Source: Octopus sinensis (lineage: Eukaryota). Taken from it: DNA of 64,000 nt. How positions within the stretch are numbered: position 1 is the first letter of the stretch; every line of letters starts with the position of its first letter. The position numbers were made by a program, and so were the translations under genes. The stretch lies in contig NW_021834602.1 of assembly GCF_006345805.1 (NCBI RefSeq), forward strand, positions 1 through 64,000, given 5' to 3'. Under the pieces are notes generated by a model. It was not told the origin of the DNA, did not search any database, and worked only from the letters and a program-made list of their open reading frames with translations. Below, in pieces: positions 53,715 through 64,000 of the stretch.

Positions 53715-54004
53715 GGAGGCGCAATGGCTCAGTGGTTAGGGCAGCGGACTCGCGGTTTCGATTCCCAGACCAGCGTTGTGAGTGTTTATTGAGCGAAAAC
53801 ACCTAAAGCTCCACGAGGCTCCGCAGGGGATGGTGGCGATCCCTGCTGTACTCTTTCGCTACAACTTTCTCTCACTCTTTCTTCTGTTGGCCTGCTCGCT
53901 TAGCCAGCGGGTGGTGTCATTGGAATGCTAAAAACAATGCGAAGCGCATTGTGACCAGCGGTGTGTAGCAACATCTGATAGCCTGGTCGATCACGGTGAT
54001 CACG

Positions 54005-54009
<5 letters not shown>
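53715..54009 (+). mobile_element. tRNA-derived SINE (fourth family) inserted in (TA)n
   Basis: Head ggaggcgcaatggctcagtggttagggcagcggactc...ggtttcgattccc with A- and B-box. The tail ...gatcacggtgat is duplicated. Confidence 0.85.
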
Positions 54010-54044
<35 letters not shown>

Positions 54045-54127
54045 GATAGATAGATAGATAGATGATAGATCACCGTGATCGACGAGGCTATCAGATGTTG
54101 CTACACATCGCTGGTCACAATGCGCTT

Positions 54128-54174
<47 letters not shown>

Positions 54175-54343
54175 CTGTATAGGAACACAGTGACTCAAGG
54201 CCAAAGAGTTTCGTGCGTTAGCACTTACCATAAAACTCTCAGACCTTGAGTCACTCTGTTACGTCTGCTAAATAAAAATATTTAACATGTACTAATGGTC
54301 TGAGTTCTACTTTCCTGTTTGCATCAACATACCTATATATATA

Positions 54344-54385
<42 letters not shown>

Positions 54386-54389
<4 letters not shown>

Positions 54390-54608
54390 GAAATGAAGAA
54401 AATGCTGACAAAATAATTTAAGTAAGGGAGAGTGTATTTAATTGGTGAAAGTTCTCTTGAGAAAAAATCTATCAGAAAGGAACTCTATCTCTCTTAAAAA
54501 AATATCTTTTGAAAGCATAACAAATGCGCAACCGTAAAAAGAACTTCACCAATTAAATACACTCTCCCTTACTTAAATTATTTTGTCAGCATTTTCTTCA
54601 TTCCTTTT
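54386..54608. repeat. Fold-back insertion with ~70-bp inverted arms in (TA)n
   Basis: 54386-54455 is the near-perfect reverse complement of 54540-54608. Confidence 0.85.
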
Positions 54609-54645
54609 TTTATATATCACAACTCGTGTTCCACATCTCCTTTTT

Positions 54646-54683
<38 letters not shown>

Positions 54684-54928
54684 CATACATATAAGATGCT
54701 AGAATAGATCCGTTATGGTCTTACCACTAAGAGAGGAATGTTCTCAAGAAAACTTAGTAAACGCCAGAACGTAAGCGAGCAAGGTAAATGAAAAGAAACA
54801 TCCTTCTTATATGTATGTAATATGATTTTTCTGAATCTTCAGATTTTAATATGCTAGACCACTAGTTTTAAATTGATATTAATCAGATTAGTATTTGAAA
54901 TTTATATTTATATATATATATATATATA

Positions 54929-55305
54929 GTTATCCGTATAATGAAAGGGTGAAATTAATTAATTTGGAAAAATTATCAATTACACAAGTAGTCTTCGGCA
55001 TGTAAAAGCCTCATTCGAGGAAAATTTAAGTAATACTAAGCAATAAGGGTTTAGCAACGAGTTGCCTTACACATACCGAATTTAGAAATAGCAGTCAAAG
55101 GGTTATAGCTATTTCTTCTACTAAAAAGGGAGATCTCAGTAAAAACAGCATTTGGAAGGCTCTCTCTTACTGTTTGTGTCTGCCTTCCAAATGCTGTTTT
55201 ACTGAGATCTCCCTTTTTAGTAGAAGAAAATAGCTATAACCCTTTGACTGCTATTTCTAAATTCGGTATGTGGTAAGGCACTCGTTGCTAACCCTTATTG
55301 CTTAG

Positions 55306-55307
<2 letters not shown>
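54929..55307. mobile_element. Dispersed, 5'-inverted fragment of a family B variant
   Basis: 54929-55162 matches the B unit across its junction. 55161-55307 is the reverse complement, ending ...cccttattgcttagta|(TA)n. Confidence 0.9.
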
Positions 55308-55338
<31 letters not shown>

Positions 55339-55570
55339 CATATATATACACACACACATATATATGTATATATATTATATATAATATTATATATATATAT
55401 ATATACATATACACACATGCACACCAGCATGTAAGTATGCGTTTCTATGCATGCAAATATTTTACATATTTATCTTGAAAGAGAGCAGGGTGGTATTTGA
55501 GGAGAGACTGAGTTACAAAGAAAATTGAAACAAAGACACAAAAGGAAGAAAGGAAAGCAAGAAAGAAGGA

Positions 55571-55621
<51 letters not shown>

Positions 55622-55834
55622 TAGGTAAGAATGAAAGAAAGAAAGAAAGAAAGTCTAACTGAGTCATGTGGGACATATAGCCGGCCTTTCTATACAACAA
55701 CTATTTCATTATATTATAGGTTAAGAAAAAAATAGGGTTCTTAAAATGAGTACAGACAATCAAAGACCAAGGAACAGATCAAAAATTGGCTGCTGTAATC
55801 GTTGTTGTTGTTGTTGTTGTTGTTGTTGTTGCTG

Positions 55835-55866
<32 letters not shown>

Positions 55867-56699
55867 GGTGTATAGTGAAATGTGTTGGCCTTCTTCATGC
55901 TGCACGTATATTTACTATTGTTCTTGTAGAAAAAAAAGCTACGCCTTCTTTTTTTTTGTTCTTTGCTGTATCATATGTTTATCCGTGCATCCATACATGA
56001 ATGAATATGTATGTGTGTGTGGTTGTGTGTGTTTATGTATGTGTTTGTATGTGTGTGTGCGTGTCTGTCTGTGTTTGTGCATGTATGTGTGTGCGTGTGA
56101 ACGTGTGTATTTGTGTGTGTGTGTGTATACTCGTGTTTTGGGTATGTGCGTGCGTTTGTGTTGTGGTTGTGTGTGTGCGCGCGTGTGCTTGTTTCTGTGT
56201 GTCTGTGTTTGTGTGTGTATGCATGTGTCTGTGTATTGTGTGTGTGTATGTATTCGTGTTTTGGGTATGTGCGTATGTTTGTGCTGTGCATGTGGGAGTG
56301 TGCGCGTGCGTGGCTTGTGTTTTGTGTGTCTGCATGTGTGTGTGTATGCGTGTGCGTATGTATTTGTGTGTGTGTGTGTAAGTGTATCTGTGTGCGTCTG
56401 TGCGTGTCTGTGTTTGTGTATGTGTGTGCGTGTGTTATGCATGCGTGTATATGTGCGCGCGTGCGTTTGCCTGTGTTTTTGTGTGTCTGTGTTTGCGTGT
56501 GTATATACGTGTGCGTGTGTATATACCTGTGCGTGTGTTTATACCTGTGCGTGTGTATATACGTGTGCGTGTGTATATACGTGTGCGTGTGTATTTGTGT
56601 GTATGCGCGAGTGTTTGTTTTTGTGTGGTTGTGTGCATGTGTGCATGTGTGCATGATTGTGTGTGCGATTGTGCGCGCATGTATGTGTGTTTAGCTATA

Positions 56700-56945
56700 T
56701 ACGAGATGGAATCAAAAAGTTCTCGGACTGGTTCTGTAGCGTACCAACAGACGGCAGCACATGGTTGCGTGCGCAATGAAATCTAGCAGTGACCTTCACG
56801 AGAGAGTCTGCCGAATGACAAAAATTTATCTTTGTGTGATCACGTGTATGCCGAAGTTTACGATTTTGTCATTGACAAGAACAAAGATCCAACGAGAAAT
56901 TTTGCGTTAAACTTGAGAACTCTGCTGCAGAGACATTGAGTATGT
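56700..56945 (+). mobile_element. Mariner 5' terminal fragment
   Basis: tacgagatggaatcaaaaagttctcggactg TIR-like start, cagacggcagcac motif, and FCVKLENSAAETLSM. Confidence 0.75.
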
Positions 56946-57849
56946 ATGTGCACGCATGCAAACAAGTGGCCCAAAATGGTAATATAACCGTACATGAATA
57001 AGTCTCGGTGTCGATATCTTCGACTAAAACCCTTTAACGCGGTGCTCCAGCATGGCAACAGTCAAATGACTGAAACAGGTACAAAAATGAAAGAATATTC
57101 CGTACATATGCAGGACATGCAGAAACATGATTATCTTTTAATTGTAACAAGGAACAAGTATGCATATGTACATTATTCTTACGTATAATCCCACGATTAT
57201 CGCGTGTGGTACGTCCCTGAACCTCCCACAGAAATAATTAAAATTAAAAAAAAATATAAATACCTATGGGCCACAGAAACCCGCGATATACCGAGGAGTC
57301 CGCAATATAAATTTACATATGTTAGAAAAATATGCAATGTACTGAGTGTGCAATAGGTGAACCGTGATGTACAGCGTACGTGATAGGTGAACCGCGATAT
57401 GGCGAGGGATTACTGTATACACGTTTAAACACACACAGCAAACATGCACCCTATTGCTTCACATACACGCACAAGCACATGACGAGTATCCTCGGACAAG
57501 CACCCACACAGTAACAGAAAACAATGACACATGCACACGTATACACACGCACAAACACACACAGCATATGCAAACATACTAGCTTTATTTACACAAGCGT
57601 GCATACACATGCACGCTCACACATGTCAGATAGCCTCATACACACACACACACGCTTGCATACACAAACACAAACACACAACGCATACAGGCAATAAGCG
57701 TTGTTTTGTGGTTTTGAAGACGAATGTCCCGCGTTGTTCTATCAGGCACTATTTTGCAAATCCTTTTTGCTAAATTGAAAGGGATATTTATTTTGATGTG
57801 TTTCGGGTGGCATGAGTTAAAGAGAAGATATTGTTTTGAATCAGTTGTT

Positions 57850-58990
57850 AACTCGGGACTTTCGTCTTCAAGACCTCAAAACAAAGCTTATTGAAAGACA
57901 ATATCCACCCTCTCTTATCGACAAGGGAATTAAACGTGCCAAACAGACACAAAAACACTAAGAACAACAAAACATAACACTATACCTCAACTCAAAACAT
58001 TACTATTTATATCAACACACAATCCCAGAAACAGTGAGGCATTCAACACTATTGTGCAAACTCTTCCTTTACTAACTAGAGCTCCAAAAATGAACGACAT
58101 CCTGAAAACACACAAACTCATCAAATGCAAAAAACAAGACAAATCGCTAAAGAGACTACTAACAAATGCGAAACTTTACAAAACAACCACGAAATCAACG
58201 GTTGACAAATGTGGACGCCCAAACTGTGGAACCTGCTCTAACTTGATCAAAGGCTCGGATTTCATTTTCAGACAATGACAGAGGTTCACAATTAAAACTA
58301 GTTTCACTTGTGCCTCAGAGAACCTAATTTATGTAATAACCTGCTCGGGTTGCGGACACAACTATATTGGACATACGAGTATGACCTTGAGAAAGAGAAC
58401 TACTCTACATAAAAAGCAAATCCGTTTCCCGCAATACAGGCAAATTCCTCTCAGTGAACATATAGAAAAATGTGCAGATAACATCAAACCAAATTTCACA
58501 GTCTTCCCCTTCTACCAGTGCAAAGACACAATCTCTCCACTAGAACGTTTAAATAAAGAAACTTTTTTCATTGAAAATACAGAACACGTCTTAATATGCA
58601 CGCATAACCAACTTTTATCTTTTTACATATTTCAATTCACGATTACATCACTGTACATAAATCACCTCACTAAACAAGGTTTTCGAAACTTGTTTTTGTC
58701 TTTACGCATATATATTCCCCTCCCATTAGCGAAAGCTGAACAGTTATCTCCCTTATCCACAACAATAACAATAATAACGATAACCAATTACCTCCCTTTA
58801 TTTATCTACTTGTGAAGTCATTCACTCATGAATTTCATGACACACAACATGGACAAAATTTCTTCTTAAGAAAAAATGCATATTCAAACAAGTAAAACAT
58901 AATATCATGAATAGCGATAGCAAAACCGGTCGATATATTAAAAATTATATTAAAACTATGTAAGTGTGCGTATTTTCCTTTTTTAATTTC
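57850..58990 (+). mobile_element. Penelope-like element 3' remnant: linker, GIY-YIG endonuclease pseudogene and pseudo-LTR
   Basis: One frame from 58054 to ~58575 with a single stop at 58276-58278: KCGRPNCGTC...FTCASENLIYVITCSGCGHNYIGHTSMTLRKRTTLH...RLNKETFFI. Confidence 0.88.
58902..58936 (+). pseudogene. Decayed minimal hammerhead ribozyme in the Penelope pLTR
   Basis: atatc atgaata gc gata gc aaaa ccgg tc gatat: helices I, II and III intact with an ACCGGT palindrome, but three core substitutions relative to CTGAAGA/GAAA. Confidence 0.6.
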
Positions 58991-58991
58991 T

Positions 58992-59031
<40 letters not shown>

Positions 59032-59109
59032 ATTTTAAAATGTGTTATGATTATTATTGGATAAAATCCTATATAAACCCAAGTACCAGTTAAAAAATGG
59101 AGAAGAGAA

Positions 59110-59237
59110 TTCATACGATCGTTTCGAATGATAATACTGACATGCAAGAAAACATGGAAAAATCAAATTAATTATGATAATAATTAAAATAATAATTAAA
59201 TTAAATTAATTAGGTATTACCATTCTCTTCAGTGGAA
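59110..59237 (-). ncRNA. Type I hammerhead ribozyme with 100-nt helix II domain (family F)
   Basis: Sense UUCCA-CUGAAGA-GAAUGGUAAUAC...GUAUUAUCAUUC-GAAA-CGAUCG-UA^UGAA. 12-bp helix II base, palindromic ACGAUCGU, helix I with one bulge. Confidence 0.82.
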
Positions 59238-62200
59238 AAAATTAATAAAACATCAAAAAAGGTATTAAGAAAAGAATAGCACAATAAAACTACAGAGAGC
59301 CTGTGTCGAATAAAGTTGATCGGATATTCATAACAAGAATGTGAAATAGGGAAAAGTGATATAGGAACATGTTAATGTAGTGTTGAGTCTATCTGTGTAA
59401 GAATCTATTTATTTTATCGAGAAACTTACATCAGTAAAATAATTGTCCTTATTCACGAAATATCAGTGGTAACTCTATAGCCTACATGAGACACACACAC
59501 ACGCAAACAAATTGCGCTTAAATACGAACTATCAGTAAGTCAACTATTTTGTAAATATAGGAAGTTATAAGTACATTGGAATATCTAAGCTAAGTTTGTA
59601 TTAATCTTAGTTATTATACCACAGACATTATACTATCTTATTTTCCAATGCACCAGATTTAAGACTAAAAATATTCTAGCCTTTTCCCCCCCAGGAATAC
59701 GTTATCCGATGAAGTTTTTTGTCTTTTTTATTGTTTCTTTCCAAGATGGTAAAATGTAACTTAGACAGATTTGTCGGTTAATTCTAATAGTTCGAATGAC
59801 CGTTTTTCGTTGAAATTACCGACTGTTCCGCCTATTGTGCTATTGATCTTGTTAGTCTTCGATGAATTACTAATTTTATAAAAATATCCTTCTCCCCAAG
59901 AAGAAACCATAAAAATACACCATACTTCCATCAACAAATCTAACCATGTGTCTATACACCCAGCCTTCCAGCCATTCATATACATATACACACGCACACA
60001 CACACATGTATACATGTGTGTGTATATACATATACATATATTGCACATACACACACATATGCATTTACTTACATATGAGTGAGTGTGTGTAAATATATAG
60101 AGGTATATAGATAGATAAGTAGAGAGACAGACAGATAGATAAATAGATAGATGCATGTATTTATATGTATAGAATCATAGATACAAGCATACTTTCACAC
60201 ATACATATATGTATACATGCATGCATACATATATGCATACATACACACGCACATACATACATAACATACATACATACATACATACATACATACATACATA
60301 CATGCATGCATGCATGCATACATACATACATACATACATACATACATACATACATACATACATACATTCATACATACATACATATAAACAAACATTCAAG
60401 CATACAAACATGCTAGATGGCATCTGTGATCGATCTGTTTGGTTACAGAACTCCTAACACGAAGCGAAGCCCTCAATTTGTGAGATATTATATGTCCTGC
60501 TGTATTGTGTTACAATTGCTGTTCAGTAACAGAATAACAGAGATCGATGGAAACGATAATACTAAACTCAAATCAAATTGTTTCTTTCCAAAGAACATCA
60601 AAAAATTTCGGGAAAAAATACATCCAACAGCTGGGCAAATGCTATCATTGGATTCTAAATGAAAAATGAATACAGGAACCACCAGTTGCGAATTTATATT
60701 AAACTAATTCAGAATTTGCGAAGATTGCTGATCAGAATCTCTCAGAAATAAACTAATTGCCCAGAAACCCGAACCCGCAATGATAAGTCAACAACCGAGA
60801 AGGGACACACACAGGTAAAGTAATTGCACTTAAGCACGAAGTATCAGTGGTTAGTCAAAACATTTTATTATTGTAGGAAATTGTAAAGGCATAGGAGCAG
60901 CAACACTAACTTTGCGTAAAACTCACAAACATTATATCACAGAATGAACGATTGTAAATTCTCGGCCGGAAGTTTTATCGTTATTTCTCCGGAAGTTTTA
61001 TCGTTATTCCGAGAAAAATTTGCGATGTAACTAGGCAGCACAATCGTGGAACATATGCAGAACAAGCTATGGAATGAATGATGTGTAAAAGTCTCTTCCA
61101 AAAATGCCATCTCTAGTGAAAATATCGAACGAAAATCACCCGAGACAGATCAGAAATCAAGTTGTTGGTATAGGAAATTTGTTATTACTGAAAACCACGT
61201 TACCTTGTTTCAAATATTACTGGAATCTGGGTTTCATGTGCCAGATTGGTTGGCAGTTACACGAAGAGTATTTGAGTTTAAGAATCTTGAATCATACAAA
61301 TGGTAAAAAGACAAAAAACTACAAGCCTCGCTTAAACGTTTTGTATAAACTGTATACAAATTATTTAAATGTGTTTCTCGTACATGAATGTAAGAAAAAG
61401 GTTGTGGTGACAAATGAAGAAGCTGGCGAAATAAAAGGGGTTTAGGACAGTCGGAAGGCTATTCGTGAACAAAACTGTTCCCGGGAAAACAGAGCGGCAG
61501 CATCGAAGTCCAACGACGATGGCAAGCCTAAAAGAAAACGTTTCGCTTTTTCGGTCATGACAAAAAAAGTTACTACACCTTGTCAACATTCTGACGTTAA
61601 AGATTACAGCATAAACAACAGCAAACACTACGAATAAAAGCAGCTATCATTGTGACATATAGCATTAAGTTATCAATGGTAGTATTTCAAGTAAGGCTTA
61701 GCAGTGTTTCGTCTGTCTTTATGTTCTGAGTTCAAATTACGCAGAGGTCGACTTTGCCTTTCATCCTTTCGGGGTCGATAAATTAAGTACCAGTTGCGTA
61801 CTGGGTCGATCTAATCGACTAGCCTCCTCCCCCAAACTTTCGGGCCTTGTGCCTAGAGTACAGAAGGATGATAGTATTTCAAGTGAAAAAATAAGGCAAA
61901 ATCGTTAGCACGCCGGGTAAAATGCTTAGCAGCATTTCTTCTGGTTCTGAGCTCAAATTCCGCCGAGGTCGACTTTGTCTTTCATCCTTTCGGGATCGAT
62001 AAAATATGTTGAATCTTGGGGTCGATGATAACCGACTTCCCCTTCTCTCCAAACCGCTGGTCTTGTGCCAAAAATGTGAAACTAATATTTCAGGTGAAAA
62101 ATAAGTACCAGTTGAGTACTGGTGTCCATATAATAGATTTAACCCTTTCCCTGAAATTGCTTGTTAACCCTCTTCCCGAAATTGTTGGTAACCCTTTCCT

Positions 62201-63460
62201 CGAAATTGCTAGCCTTCTACCAAATTCCAAACCAATATTTCAGGCATCGGCTTTATTGTAACGCTCCCTGTTACGTGAGACCCTTCTCAGTCCGGACGAA
62301 GAAATCTGAAGGCCACATGATAGAATCAAGAAGGAAGAGACCGATTACTGTCACCCATATATATGATATTGATAACCCTCAGCCGTTTTTAAGTAATATT
62401 TACGACATCAAGAGACACAGCTGGTCACAGTATTCTTATTTCTTTATTACCCGCAATGAGCTAAACACAGAGAGGACAAACAAGGACAGACAAAACGGAT
62501 TAAGTCGATTACATCGACCCCAGTGCGTAACTGGTACTTAATTTATCGACCGCGAAAAGATGAAAGGCAAAGTCGACCTCGGCAGAATTTGAACTCAGAA
62601 CGTAACGGCAGACGAAATACCTATTTCTTTATTGCCCACAAGGGGCTAAACACAGAGAGGACAAACAAGGATAGACAAACGGATTAAGTCGATTATATCG
62701 ACCCCAGTGCGTAACTGGTACTTAATTTATCGACCCCGAAAGGATGAAAGGCAAAGTCGACCTCGGCGGAATTTGAACTCAGAAAGTAACGGCAGACGAA
62801 ATACCGCTAAGCATTTCGTCCGGCGTGCTAACGTTTCTGCCAGCTCGCCGCCTTAAGAGGTAAAACAAGAATATTGACAAGGAGATGTGCGTCTTCTGAA
62901 CCTGATAGATACACTTTCACTGTTCGGGAAGAGAAGAAACTTACTCAATACCTGATCAATAAAACAGCTAAGACCGCTTACAAACCACAGCAGTGTGATA
63001 GAAAATGCCGATAGTGTCAAATTCTATTATGTCAAATTAGATAAATCTGCATTGTTGTTCGTCGTTCATACTGTTGTAAAGGTTGTCAGCCGATAATATT
63101 GCTATCTTTTCCACCTTTAATCAACAAATATTATATTTGCTATGCTATTCAAAACTATTTTATGTTCATCAATTACCGTTTATTTCAGTCATTAGCTTGC
63201 GGCCATGCTTGGGCATCGCCTTTGGGGATATAGTCGACGAAATCAATCCTACTACACGTTTTTTCAAGTCATGGTAGTTAACGCCGAAACGTTAAGTTAT
63301 ATGGGACGTAAACAAACCAGCGCCGTCAGTCAAACGGTGATGGGCGTACAAACAAGACACAAATAGAAAGATGTATGCCATAGATATGTGTTTATACAAA
63401 CACACGCACACAGAGACATATACTCACACACATGCACACGTGTGTATGTGTGTCTGAGTG

Positions 63461-63530
<70 letters not shown>

Positions 63531-63737
63531 GTAAGAGATCTTTCAGCTTAGTGGTATAGAGCGCTCAGCCGAAATTTCATTGGGGTAGATTCTCTGTACA
63601 AGGATTGCTGATCACTTTTCTCCGTCTTCTAAGCTGTCTGCGCAGCCTTCTGCGTTCGAGAGTTCCTTCATTTTCTGAAGAATACCGACACTCGCGGCGC
63701 TTATATGTTCGTTTACGATATATATATATATATATAT

Positions 63738-63779
<42 letters not shown>

Positions 63780-64000
63780 TATATAATATATATATATATA
63801 TATATGTCTGTGTGGTGTGTGTGTGTGTGTGTATTAGAGCATACATACACGAACACTTCCATAGTTTCATGCATACATTAGCACACATATACACATACCT
63901 GTATACATGCATGCACACATTCTTACGTATTACGAGAGAGACAGACAGACAGACAAACAGACAGGGAGCTTGATGGATCAGGCAGACAGAGAGATAGAAA

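Overview
AT-rich, microsatellite-saturated, repeat-dominated eukaryotic DNA. The SINE families point to a cephalopod, most likely Octopus (inferred, not checked by search). I cannot support any intact host gene. Most listed ORFs are microsatellite translations or decayed transposon fragments (Tc1, mariner, hAT, Merlin, pogo-like MITE, R4/Dong-type and CR1/L2-type LINEs, Penelope). The main result is that the large 'satellite-like' tandem arrays are non-coding units that each carry a complete type I hammerhead ribozyme (HHR). Family A has ~560-bp units (4 HHRs on - and 1 on +, 1041-3738). Family B has ~600-bp units (14 near-identical units, 6841-15495). Family C has ~445-bp units (2 HHRs, 30530-31405). 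A, B and C share a conserved, covarying stem module and a common 3' terminus fused to (TA)n. The A and C insertions and a separate B fragment carry 5' inversions. Further solo HHRs lie at 4269-4317, 32244-32285 and 59110-59237, and a Penelope GIY-YIG remnant with its own decayed HHR lies at 57850-58990. This gives about 24 recognisable HHR cores in 64 kb. The picture fits a (TA)n-targeting, Penelope-mobilised retrozyme/circRNA system with long units and greatly extended helix II. Activity, expression and novelty are untested inferences.
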